A DNA stretch of 64,000 nt. Source: Octopus sinensis. Taxonomy: Eukaryota. Location: assembly GCF_006345805.1 (NCBI RefSeq), contig NC_043013.1, positions 10,602,001 to 10,666,000 of the forward strand, given 5' to 3'. A program made the translations under genes and the position numbers. Positions within the stretch are counted from its first letter, which is position 1. Each line of letters starts with the position of its first letter. The notes under the pieces were generated by a model that saw only the letters and a list, made by a program, of their open reading frames with translations, did no database searches and was not told the origin of the DNA. This document shows positions 37,385-51,015 of the stretch, one piece after another.

Positions 37385-37525
37385 AACATCACAAAAACTG
37401 TTAAAATCTGAGTAACAGTTTTTGTGATGCATTTTCAGCTTTATTAATAAAACAAATTATATAAAGCATTATTTATATTAATAAAGCATGTTTTATCGTT
37501 TCACATTTATGTGCTTACTCTGGTA
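37385..37525 (+). mobile_element. Family B Penelope-type repeat with a foldback 5' junction
   Basis: Perfect 16-bp IR at 37387-37402 / 37414-37429. Confidence 0.6.
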
Positions 37526-37572
37526 TATATATTATATATATATGCATATATATTGGGTATTTTACCCGCCCT

Positions 37573-37606
<34 letters not shown>

Positions 37607-37719
37607 AATAATAATATATATATATATATATCATTTATAGTATTATTTGATTGAACGACACGCAACCATTTCCAAGTAAGTTTATATTAATATCTACGTG
37701 TGTGTGTGTGTTTGTGTGT

Positions 37720-37885
37720 GTGTATCTGTATTTCTCCTCTCACTGCTTGACAACTGGCGTTCTGTAACTTAGAATAAATACCAGCCTGAGAACATAATGC
37801 TGGGATCGATTCGTTCGACTAAAATTCTACAAAGCGGTACCCCAGCATGGCCGGAGACTAATGACTGAAACAACTAATGGACAAA
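37720..37885 (+). mobile_element. SINE family O, 3' half, degenerate
   Basis: cactgcttgacaac...cagcatggcc...aatgactgaaacaa. Confidence 0.65.
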
Positions 37886-38142
37886 AGATACGCGCCGCAG
37901 ACACTCGCACACAAATACAAGATTGAGTGGACAAACGAAAGAAAAAAGCACTCAGCACATTTCGTAGAAATTACATGAATTATTTAAAATAATTTGATTC
38001 AGTTCAACGAGATTTAAATTTTAGCAGGCGTGTAACCGAATCCAATCTCTTTCAGACTATGGCTAACCGAATCGCTCACATTTTACTATTGGATCGGTAA
38101 TCTAAAACAATTATATGTGTGTACATATGTACTTGTGTAGAT

Positions 38143-38711
38143 AAGGGGTTCTCAACCATATTGTATCTATGGGCCCCTTTGATATTACTATTTTATTCTG
38201 ATGGATCCCCCACAGCCATTCGCTGTTTAAAAACTAAATTCATTGATATTTCTTTCAGAATTCCTATTTCGTTTTACACACATCAACTTTTGTAGGTTGA
38301 ACTATGTAAAATATTAGTTTCAAATTCGGGCACAAGGCCAGCAATTTCGGAGAGGAGATAAGTAGATTACATAGACGCCAGTGTTCAACTGGTATTTATT
38401 TTATAGACCCAGAAAAGATGAAAGGCAAAGGCGACCTCGGCGAAAATTGAACTCAGAATGTAAAGGCGAATGAAATGCGGTTAAGCAATTCGCCTGGTGT
38501 GCTAACGATTTTGCCAGCTCGCCGCCTAATAGTTTCTGTAAAATATTAGAGAAAGAAAGCTAGGTTTTTCATGCAATATATTCCAGTACATACATTTAAA
38601 GCAAGATTTTTTCCAACATCTTTAAAATACTATTGTAGATCGCCAGTTTATTCTTTTGCTGCGTTGACACCAAAAATCCTATATTGATTGGATCCCGGTT
38701 GAAAACCACTG
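38143..38711. mobile_element. hAT-like non-autonomous element with a nested SINE M (38330-38530)
   Basis: TIRs (a)aggggttctcaacc / ggttgaaaaccactg; degenerate 8-bp flanks gtgtagat / gtgcaatt. Confidence 0.55.
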
Positions 38712-38777
38712 GTGCAATTTGATAGATAGATTAATAGATAGAAAAATATGAATGTTACATTGAAAACTTCCATACTA

Positions 38778-39343
38778 TTGGGTTGACCGGAAAGTTCGTG
38801 CCGACTTATAGCAGCTTACCTTTCGACTTATTTTAGAATATGGTTGAATCCATAAAATAGGATTGACTACACCTCCATTTAGTGCACAGTTTAAGCTATC
38901 TTTTCGTGGAAGAAGATTTATGTTCCTATAACCTGTGTTAATTCTGTAACCCTTTAAAATGGAAGATAAGAAAGTTCATTTTCAGCACTTGATGCTTTGG
39001 GAACCAGACAAAAATTGCAACAGCTCGGCTTGGATGTGTTACCCCACCCTCCATATTCACCAGATATTGCTCCTTCGGATTTCTACTTATTCAGGTCTCT
39101 GCAGAATAGTCTTAATGGTAAAAATTTCAATTCGTTGTATGACGTAAAAACATAACTTGATGAATTCTTTGCCATTGAAACCAACTCACTTCTGGGAAGA
39201 GGGTATTTTCAAGTTAAAGGAAAGATGGAGACGCATTGTGCAACAAAATGGTTCATATTTGGTTGATTAAAAACGTAGTAGCAAGTATTTATTGACCTTT
39301 TCCTTTCTTTTAAAAATCGGCACGTACTTTCCGGAGAACCCAA
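38778..39343 (+). mobile_element. Internally deleted mariner (mellifera-subfamily-like), 566 bp
   Basis: About 28-bp TIRs ttgggttgaccggaaag... / ...ctttccggagaacccaa, TA on both sides; MEDKKVHFQHLMLW fused to TRQKLQQLG.DVLPHPPYSPDIAPSDFYLFRSLQNSLNG. Confidence 0.85.
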
Positions 39344-40054
39344 TACCAAATTCTCTCAAACCAAGGTCATGAAATTAAATGAAATATGAGGAAATGAAGA
39401 TTAAAAAAAAAAAAAAAAACGAAAATGAAAGAACGAAAAGAAATGAGAAGAAAAGCAGATTTGCAAATGTGCCGCGCTGCGAAACCCAACCTATTACTAA
39501 ATTATGGTGGAGCGAACTTCTGAACCACATAACCACGCCTTCGATAGTGATTCAATTAAGGGCTTGCGGAGAACTTTTTTTTCTTTTTCTCTTTTCTATA
39601 TTTCTACCCTGCACTGCACTTTTCTTAACCGTCTTATTAGCTTGTGTTTTTATATTTGTCCTATATGCGTGGATGTGAGGAAGTGCTCACTTTCCTTTGT
39701 ATCTCACTAGGACTGTTGTGATCTTGGCTAGACGAGAACTTGTTGTCTATTACACTAAAGAAACTTGTGGTATAATGAGTATAACATACATTCTTTCACT
39801 CATTCTCTTACTCTCTCTCTCTCCCTCTGTTTCCCTCATGCTTTCTTTAACTCTCTCCCTTTCTCTCTTTCTGTATACCACTATATATATTACATACACT
39901 TACATACAACACACACATATATAATATATACATATATATGAATATATATATATATATATATAATATATATATTATATATATATTATATATCTGTATATAT
40001 ATATATATATACATATAATATATATATATGTGTGTGTAATATATATATGAATAT

Positions 40055-40109
<55 letters not shown>

Positions 40110-41097
40110 ATGTGTGTGTAAATATATATATATATGAATAATATAAATATTTAAACATACATATAATATATAACATATATATATATATATATAATATATA
40201 TATGTATTTATATATATCTTACATACACACGCATATATATATATTATTATATATATATCATATATTATATATAATATATATATATACACACATAATATGA
40301 TTATACATATATAGGTGTGTTTGTGTGCGCACGCGCGCGCATCTGTGTCACGTAAGCATCTGTGTCGCGCGCCCTTTCTATGTACGTATATGTCGAACGT
40401 ACTCTTTGACTGTTCAGCTGGTTCATACGCGCGTTCTCGCTCTTCGTTATCTAACACAAACGCGCGCACAAGCATACTCGCAAATACGACCCCACATGCA
40501 CACTCACATATACACGACATATCTTTCTCTGTCTCTGTCTTTCCCTCTTTCAACCCTCTCGTTCTCTCTCTCTCCTCTCTCTCTCTCTCTCTTCGTTCCA
40601 ATGTCTCTTTTCGCAGAACTTTCTGTTTCTTATTGTAACTCCGTTGTTTGTCAATTTGTCATCCATTTATGTGTGTATGAGTGTGTGTGTGTGCGAATGT
40701 GTATGTATGTGTTTATGCATGAGTGTGTGTGTGTTTATATATGAGTGTGTGTGTGTACGCGCGCGTGTATGTGTGTGTGCCTGAATCTATATGTATATAT
40801 ATATATATATATGTATGCATATGTGTGTGTGTGTAACTATTCTTGTCAGTTAATTCGTTTACCATTCTCCTCTTGCATTTAATTGTATATCAGCTTTTCT
40901 GACTGTAAAATGCCTGCCATAAGGAAGGAGACGTAAAATGTCCCAGGTTGGGTCTACGGGAAACGTACCCCCTCCTCTCCTTTAGAGACAATTCTAAACT
41001 TCTTTCACTCTGTGGAATGATTGTCAGTATATGTCGACCATCATCACTAATTCCTTCACATTTTACTAAAGATTCTTGCGGATTATCTGATAACGTT

Positions 41098-41181
<84 letters not shown>

Positions 41182-42158
41182 CTATCAATCTATCTATCTG
41201 TCTGTCTCTTTATCTGTCTGTCTGTCTGTGCTAGCCAGCTATACATCAAACCATCGAACTCTTTCGTATCCATCCGCCAGCCTCTCTGTCTGCTTATTTT
41301 ATCATTAGTGCAACACTGAAAGAACAACAGTAACAAAAACTTAAAACATCAATTGATCCAAACTACTATTTCCATGTACTAATTTTCAGTTCACAATGTT
41401 ATGGACCCCATTAGAGAAGTAAAAACGACGCTTACCCATGATGCGAGCTTGAAACCAGCATCACGAAGTTGCGAAGCAAATTTCTTAATCACACAGCAAT
41501 AACATTATGTCCGTATTTTAATGAGATTTCATCATATAATCTTTACAGCCATTCACTTGCAAACAAGAATGTTATCAGATACACGTCAAGATCGTTCATT
41601 TAAGATTTTGTTTACTATCAAAACATTATCTTGTTCCATCTTTCAAAATGTTTTAGAAACGAGGTTTGTGGAACTTGTTGATAATCAGAAAGACTATGGT
41701 TGTTCATGTTAATACGTATTTGAAAACTGTTCCTATCGCTGTTTCACCAATATGATAAGAAAATTGAACAATATTCGGCTTGTAATGAATATTAACTGCA
41801 AAAATAAAGCTATAAAATCTATCGTTTACATAAGTAGAATATTTCGAACATAGACAAAGAATGTATAAGAACACGATAAACGACACAAGTAAGTTTAAGA
41901 CTGAAATCTTCTTCTCCAAATCCCAAACACACGCAAACCATTTACACACACACAAAACATTTACACACACACACGCGCGCACACACACATACTCACTCAA
42001 ATACACACACTTACGCACACACACACAACGTACACTCGCCGATACTTGCACATATATACAGACATATATGCATAGACATGTTTGTCTGTCTGTCTGTGTA
42101 TGTGTCTCTCTCTCTCTGTCTCTATATTTACCTCTATATATCTCTCTATCTCTCTATC

Positions 42159-42203
<45 letters not shown>

Positions 42204-42230
42204 CTATCTATCCATCTATCTATCTATCTA

Positions 42231-42270
<40 letters not shown>

Positions 42271-42284
42271 CTCTCTATCTATAT

Positions 42285-42355
<71 letters not shown>

Positions 42356-42417
42356 TATAAAAATATATATATATATATTGGAATTTATATATATCTATTA
42401 TATATCTATATAATATA

Positions 42418-42782
42418 TCTCTATATATAAACGGCAGTTTTTTGTCTGTGCGTGTTTCTGTGGTCTGTTTGCTTGTACCCTCACCCTGACCACGGCTTTC
42501 AACCGATTCTGATGAAACTTACACACACATAGCCCATGTCATAATTCAAAACTAAGCAGCGAAAATTTTGAAAAGTTCCCCAGTTCTGAAAATATCGATA
42601 AAATCGACATGGGGTCGAGAATCAGAAACAACCACAGACTGTCTAGGGGACGCAACTCAACCTTTTTTAAACTCAAAAAAAATTTACCATAATTTTTTTT
42701 GCTATTTTTTGGCTATAACACTCTAAAAAGCTTTATAGTTAATTTCCTTACAAACCTGAGCAACGCCGGGCGATACTGCTAG
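42418..42782 (+). mobile_element. Non-autonomous Helitron
   Basis: TCtctatatataaacggcag start; cctgagcaacgccggg hairpin then CTAG|T at 42779-42783. Confidence 0.8.
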
Positions 42783-43313
42783 TATATATATAAATGGAAC
42801 AAAAATACAATAGAGGGCATTAAAACGTTCGGACAGATAGACGATACAAAAGCGGACAAGAGAAACAACAATTAGTAGGACAGGCAAAAAAAGACGAGTC
42901 ATTCTTGGCTTTCTTTAATCATTCAAGTCCCAGAAGTGACGACCATTTCGAACAGTTATACCTGAGATAGTTCGATGTTATATATATATATATATATACA
43001 TATATTTTTTAATAATATATTATTACTATTAATATAAGGAAATTAATATCGAAACTCATCATAAAGTCATACCTGTGTGAAAGACCTTATGGTATAAAAA
43101 ATATATGTAAAAATAAATAAATATAAAAATATAAATATAATGTATGAAATAAATTTGATAGTTTAAAAGTTTTGAAGTAATTATTGAAGCATCTTACGAT
43201 CGTTTCGCAGAAGAATTGTCCCTATAATGAAATCCTATATTGATAAGCATTTATAGACAACCCTTCTGCTTTCTCTCTCTCTCTCTCTCTCTCCTCTCTC
43301 CCTCCCCTCCCCT

Positions 43314-43445
<132 letters not shown>

Positions 43446-44134
43446 GTATGTATATATTTATGTATATATATATACCACCGGTGGCGACCCCGTATATATT
43501 TTATTGAGCCTGGTCGCAGTTCGTTTATTTTCGTTCAAGGTCTAGCGGTCGTCTTACAGATGCACTGTGTCAAAAAATATTCGCAGCCGACGTTCTCTTG
43601 ACATCGTCCACACGCGCCAGACACGGGCTCAGAAGTTACAGCCCGAGCTGTTATCTATGATAGTGAAAATTTAATGTAATTCAAATTCAATGTTTTCTTG
43701 AAATTACAAACTTATTTCTATAGAGATTAGAATTTAAATGAAAAGCTTCCGTTCTACAATATTCTTAAAGGAACGAATAATTATCCAGCACTCGAACAAA
43801 TTTGGCAGGTGTAAAAGACTAACAAGCATCTCTTGTCTTCTTAACAAGCGACACTCCGCTGTCACGTTTGATTGCTGCTATTCTGGCGTCTGTGTCTAAA
43901 TATCAGTTGAGTGTTGCAGGGTTGCTTTATTTTTACTCTTACCTTAGAAATTGAGAAAAGCATAGTGCTATATATATATATATATATATATATATAGCTA
44001 TTTGGGGCCAGAAATATTGCAGAAAAACATGAAACTCTTCGAGCAGGCTTGGGTCTTATGCGAAATCTGTAAAGAGCCCGAATTGCAAAATCTGTGACGA
44101 GCGCAACTAACATTGATGACCTGGGGTTGTCTCT

Positions 44135-44170
<36 letters not shown>

Positions 44171-44190
44171 GTAATTCATAATATATATAA

Positions 44191-44225
<35 letters not shown>

Positions 44226-45379
44226 AGAATATATAGGTATATATATGCATTTAAGCATGTATACACACACACACAAACATACACACACACATACGCGTGC
44301 ATGTATCTGCAGATAGAAAGACAATTAGGTAGCTAGCAAGCTAAATAGATAGATAGGCAGACAGACAGACAGGCAAACAAACAGACAGGCAGACAGGCAA
44401 GTAGACAAGATAACCCTATCCAATTTGCGTGAAAATAGACTCATCATAAAGATAAAATAAGCAAAGTCTTTATACCTACATAGCAAATAGGGACTTAAAA
44501 GACGATCTCGAATTCATAACAAACAGGGACTTATGAGACGCTGAGGCAATTAGGAAATGTAAAAATAATGAAAGAAAAACGACAACATTATAAAAAAATA
44601 TATAAAAGAGATCAGTGATCTTTCTTCACAATTATCGTTTTCGGTTGCCATAGGGATACTAAACAAACGGAAAATTTATGAAGGAATGAAGCAAAAGTTT
44701 TAACTGTGGTAGATCAGTTTTTGGTGATGGATAGCGAGTGTGTATGAGTATGGGTGTGTGTGCATGTGTGTATCTATAAGAATAGACATATATATATTGA
44801 TAGAGAGATGAATGAATAGATAGATAACTACACACACACACACACATTCACACACTCACACACACACACACACACACATATATATGATCGATGAATGGAT
44901 AGATAAATATATGAGTATATGTGTATACATACAAATGACAGGCAAGCAGACAAACAGATACATAGACAGATAAACACATACACACATATGTATATATTTA
45001 TACATACAAATGACAGACAGACAGACAAACAAACCGACAAGAAGACAGACAGACAAAGAGACAAATAGACAGACAGACAGACAAACAGAGAGATTGAGAG
45101 ACATATAAACAAATTTATACCTATCTATTTATCTATCCTTATATATATATATATATATATATATTCCTTAACAAGAATAGTATAGACAGTGACTGCGAAG
45201 CTTCTGCCAGCGAGGCCATCATGCGATGATGCATTAGTTACTGTCAATATTATTGTTGTTAACTTGTACTTGTCTAAATGTATTGGAGTAATATCCTTCA
45301 ATTTACTGTAAAATTGTTCTTATTAGATCATAAAAACAAGCATTTATGTGTGTGAGTGTGTTTGTGTGTGTGCGTGTTT

Positions 45380-45530
45380 TGCCATTCACTTGTTTCATTC
45401 ATGTTGGAGCACCGCCTTGAGGAAGTTTAGTTGATCGAATCAACCCTCTGTGCTTATTATTTTCTTTAAGCCGCTAGGTCAGGGAGACATGAACACACCA
45501 ACACCGGTTGACAAGCAGTAGTGGAGGACA
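45380..45530 (-). mobile_element. SINE family O, 3' half, degenerate (a head-like fragment follows at 45855-46012)
   Basis: cacttgtttcattc...tggagcaccgcctt...aacacaccaacaccggttgacaagc. Confidence 0.6.
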
Positions 45531-45571
45531 AAAAGTCACGCGCACATATACACACCCATACATTCCCTCCC

Positions 45572-45627
<56 letters not shown>

Positions 45628-45836
45628 TTACGGAGATGTACTTGCATAGCAAGTGACCTGATCTGAGATCGTGTGCTGAAACGAAAACAATTGCAGCGTG
45701 GAAGGTGTTTGTAAGCCATTTAAGAAATACACAAACTCCATTATATTCACTTCAACATTTAAATTTAATTTGTCAAAATATTTTCGTCGCTTTAAGACCG
45801 CGACCTGTTCACTGACAAAGATCCGTGCTGCATCTC
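45628..45836 (-). mobile_element. Penelope-type terminal repeat family E
   Basis: Second copy of 17218-17424. Confidence 0.65.
45769..45819 (-). ncRNA. Minimal type I hammerhead ribozyme with a G3:C8 swapped core
   Basis: tttgtca-GTGAACA-g-gtcgc(ggtcttaaa)gcgac-GAA-AATATT-T-tgacaaa: perfect 7-bp stem I, 5-bp stem II, palindromic stem III. Confidence 0.65.
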
Positions 45837-47690
45837 ATATACATCTATATGTAAATGACAGGCTTTCTGGTTGTCTACAAATTCACTCACAAGACTTTGG
45901 TCGGCCCGATACTATAGTAGATGATACTTGTATAAGGTACTACGGAGCGGTACTGAGCTCGGAACCATTTGGTTTGGAAGCCTAATTCTTACCATACAGA
46001 CTCACTTGCGCCAATACAAATGTATGTATGTATGTGCGCATGTATGTATGTATGTATGTATGTATTTATGTAATTATGCATCTATAGAAGGGCGATTATT
46101 TAACGTGGACACATCGTGAAACATCGGTAACTATGCAAAAGTGGATTGCAAATGTTGTAGAAGTAAACAGGTTCTGTGTAATAACGAGCATTTCTTTTGA
46201 TTTTGCTCTTGTTATTTCTGCAAAGATTGTTGATCCTTTCTCTTTTTTTTTTTTGACTCTGTATGTCATGATGTTGCTGTTGTTGTTGTGTCTTTTGCAT
46301 GTGAAGGTATAATATTTGAATAATTGTTTAATGACGAGTGTAGGCCGGCCAGCTATTTACTTTAATTGTAAATATCTAAGATGGTTGATGTTGCAATTTT
46401 CTGTCTAGTTTTTCCGTTTTAGCTCAAGAGGAATGGTGAAAAGAGAAGTACATATAAAAAATATATATATATATATAATATGTAAGAAAATTAACATCGC
46501 TAAATAAGAGAAAAGCCTGGTACATGCGAAACTCATCTTAATTATTTGAATGCACCAATTATATATATAAAGTACATGTATTCGTGTATGTGCGTGTATC
46601 TACATGTCTACTGATATTGATATGTTCAACTGAACGTAGCAATTACTGTCCTATAATAACAGGATTCATAATAGAGCCATACAATACATCTTGCAATTTA
46701 CATACTTGATAGGACAATTAAAGAGAATAATTTGATATTTCTGTACAATGTTACCTTATTCATAGCAAGGACGAAAAATGAACAACAATAGCCAAAAGGA
46801 ATTAAAGAAAGGCTTCCAAAAATGGACGTTTACTCCGAGTGGAGATTTTAGTAACATAAAATATCTAACTTGGAATCATTCTAAAGAATTTACTTACGTT
46901 GAGAGAGAGAGAGAGTGAGAGAGAGAGGGGGGGAGAGAAGACGTGAATGAGTGAGAGAGAAGGAGTGAGTGAGAGAAAAAGACAGAAAGTGAAAGAGCGT
47001 AATAGCATGAGATAGAGTGACAGAGAATGAAAGAAAGGGTTCTTTGGAGATGGTGTGCTTAAAAAAAGAGAAACACACACACACTCGCACATATATAAGA
47101 GTTACGGAATGGAGTATGGGAAATCAGGGCTAGATCCGTTTCATAGCAAGTGGCGCCTCAAATGCTAAGAATGCACATATGTATGCACTCCGGTAAAATA
47201 TATATACAAGGCGACCCCAATAGGGATGGTTGAACAATGAAAAGGCCACAGTTAATGATGGTGAAAAATTTGAGATTTGCCGACGACCGGCATATATGGA
47301 GGCAGGATATTCAATCCTACACAGGAATATGAGCTTTAATTGGTTGATTGAGGTCAATTTCTTTTCTGCTTTCATTCAATAAATAATCTACACTTCTGAT
47401 TTTAGTTCAAAGTTTCCTGTTAATTTATATTCAGTTATATTTTAGCCGGACTAAAAATAAATTAGCAATGCACTGAAATGAAAGGGTTTGAAACCATGTC
47501 GGAATTTTAGATTGCTGATTACCTATCTCCAGTCTGACGGAAGAATGCCAGAAACGAGCAATAAATTCTGTCATCATATTTATCTATCAACAACGTCGTT
47601 TGTTCATGAAACATTCAAATTATGGTTATTTTTTATAATTATCATTAACATAATCTTTATTATCATCGCGCTGACTACTGCTACTACTCT

Positions 47691-47740
<50 letters not shown>

Positions 47741-48782
47741 TCATTATTATTATTGTTATTATTACCATCAATATCGGGGTCTTCATTTTAATTAATTTTA
47801 TCTTAATTCTTTACCGCATATTACTTCTGTAAATCAAGAAAATGCAGCGAGGTAGATAGATGGGTAGATAGATAGATAGATAGACAGATAGAGTGAGAGA
47901 GAAAGAGAGGGAAGCGTCTGCTGAGGATGCTAAAAATCCGATGTTCATAAAGACATCATGTATTCCTATCGCTTCCAACGATACAATCTCGTCGCCATTT
48001 TGTTTTCGTTTTATCGTTTGACGAGATCTGCGGTTAAGAGAAAACTTGACGACAAACATAATAACGTAGTGACAATGTAGACGATAAGTGATGTTATGCA
48101 CCTCCCTCCTTCACACACGCAAACACACATCACACAAAAGGACATAAATAAAATTAAAATAAAAGTAAGGCAAACGATTATGATGACGGCATCCATGTTA
48201 CCGGTTGGAGATGTTTAATAGTTGATGTCTTCGTTGGTTCCTTTCAATGTTGAATTTCATTTGTTAATGATGTCATGTGATCAAAAGTATTGAATGAGAG
48301 CTCTCTGCCATTGTAAGGTCGTATGTATCTTTATGTTGTGTTGTTGCTATTGTTGTTATTGTAGTTCCTTTTGTTATTGTTGTAGTTACTGTTGTTATAG
48401 GTCAGATGTGATTCTACACGCCTGTGATCAAACACATTCTAAGATTAACAATTTCATCTTTGCTGGAAATCCACGACATTATCCAAAATGTCTTTCCTAA
48501 GACAGTACGTATATCTGAAGGAAAAATGACGATAATTTCTCGCAAGTTGAGTAACCACGTCGTGAATTCTTTTGATGTTCCGAGGTATGTTTGATGTTCT
48601 TGCTGTTTAGCCCTGGTCAGTCCTGATCCAGTAGTCTTCTTGTCAAAAGCAATATAATCGCGATCATTCCAGTGGTTTCTTTTCTTGTCTTTTTCTTTTT
48701 TTGACCAATAACAGATTGCATTGTATGGGATTTGTGTGCAAATGGCTCTGTTTATATCGACATTATAATTCCCTAGTCCTTA

Positions 48783-49020
48783 TATATTTCTTTGCTACCC
48801 ACAAGGGGCTAAACATAGAGTGGACAAACAAGGACAGACAAAGGGATTAAGTCGATTACATCGTCCCCAGTGCGTAACTAGTACTTAATTTATCGACACC
48901 GAAAGGATGAAAGGCAAAGTCGACCTAGGCGGAATTTGAACTCAGAACATAACGGCAGACGAAATACGGCTACGCATTTCGCCCGGCGTGCTAACGTTTC
49001 TGCCAGCTCGCCGCCTTAGT
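48783..49020 (-). mobile_element. SINE family M (tail A), full length
   Basis: Match to consensus from the head (aaggcggcgagctggcaga) to the tail. Confidence 0.9.
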
Positions 49021-49547
49021 CATTATATCATCGAGTCCGAAAGGGTGTATAATATTGCTTTTTGCTGCAAAACAAAGACTATCACTTTCGTTTCTTTTGT
49101 TTACTTCTCTCAGTCATTGAACAACGAACGTGCTGGGACAAAGCCTTCAAGAGTTTAGTCGAAAATTCACCCCACCACACACACACACAAACTTACAAAC
49201 TCATAAATATATTTATACATGTATATTTATAAATATACACATACAGGTGAGCACGTAAATGCAAAACAAGGTAGCAAAATTGTACTTGAATATCAAAGAT
49301 AGTGTAATATGCTTTTATTAAAGCTGCAAAATTATCGCAGAATTCTTTCAACTTGGTCGCACCTGCAAGGTCAGGTGCTCTTTATCTTGAATATGAAATC
49401 GTTAATTTGTGCACAAATCGTTGTGATGGATGTGCCTGGTGTACCCTTATTAGACAGTTAGTCACGATCAGTATATTTAGGCATTGTATATTTGTACCCG
49501 GTGTCACGTTGATGGCAAGCATTGCACTCTCACACAGTAATGATAAA

Positions 49548-49644
<97 letters not shown>

Positions 49645-50399
49645 TATTATTATTATTATTATCATCATTATTATTATTATTATGATGATGATGATAATAT
49701 ACATTTGTTCAGATATTACTGGTGCAAATAAACAAAGCCCGTGCACACACACGCACACGCACACGCACACGCACACGCATACACAAGAAACAATTTTTAA
49801 GGATTTTCTAAGTTGTCGCTCGAATGTATAGAAAGAACAAGATTCCAAATTTTAATTCTAACGTTTTGAAAGACAGTTACACAATAAAGACACGGAGAAA
49901 ATGCGGAATTCTCACCGTTGGTGTACATTTGATATTCCGCCTGCTCATTCAAGATTGGAATGGTGCCAAAGAGCAACATATTTTCCCACGCTGTTTAATA
50001 GACAGAGGCTTCAAATATATATAGAGTCGAACAATGAACCATTTAAAATTTACATAAATTTGCATTACTATTTTTATTGTAGAGAATACAATAGTTTCTT
50101 AGATCACTTTCGGAGTTGTATTTTCTCAACAATAGACCATAATAATGGATTTCTGTAAATTTAGCAGCTTCAGTTTCCTTATAGTAAAATATAGTGATCG
50201 ATTGTATTGATTGTCTCTCATAATAAGTGATCATGCCGAAGGGAAATGGCGAATATTAGATTATATAATCATGCATATAAAATCATGTGTATGTAATTAA
50301 ACATATACTTCCACACACAGAGATATATTTATATAAAGAGAGATACTTAAATATGTATATATGCGCATATATATAAATATACATATATATATATATATA

Positions 50400-50518
50400 T
50401 CACGTGATCACGTGACCGACCAGACCATCAGATGCTGTTACACATCGCTGGTCACAATGCGTTCGCATTGTTTTAGCCTTCGAATGACGCCACCCCGCTG
50501 GCTAAGAGAACAGGCCAA
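50400..50518 (-). mobile_element. 3' tail of SINE family V within (TA)n
   Basis: Reverse copy of 16158-16268; terminal TCACGTGA is duplicated. Confidence 0.75.
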
Positions 50519-50531
50519 TATATATATGTAT

Positions 50532-50585
<54 letters not shown>

Positions 50586-50586
<1 letters not shown>

Positions 50587-50966
50587 TTTTATTCTTTTAT
50601 TTTTACTTGATCAGTCATTTTACTGCAGCCATGCTGGAGCATGGCCTTTAGTCGAACAAATCGACTCCAGGACTTATTGCTTGTAATCCTATTACTTATT
50701 GTATGAGTCTCTTTTGCCGAACCGCTAAGTTACAGGGACGTAAACACACCAGCATCGGTGATGGGACAAGCAGAGACACACAAATACATACACATACACA
50801 CATGCACAAATATATATATATATAGCCGCAGGCGTGACCGTGAGGTAAGAAGCTTGGTTCAGTCTCACTGCGTGGCATCTTGGGATAGCGTCTTATACTA
50901 TTGGCTCAGGCTGACCAAAGACTTGTGAGAGGATTAAGCAGACGGAAACTGAAAGAGGCTCGTCGT
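50586..50966. mobile_element. SINE family O with its head module inverted
   Basis: 3' module on minus (50586-50800), head module on plus (50826-50966), bounded by (TA)n. Confidence 0.7.
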
Positions 50967-51015
50967 ATATATACATATATATTTATGTATGTATGCATAT
51001 ATGTAAGTATATATA

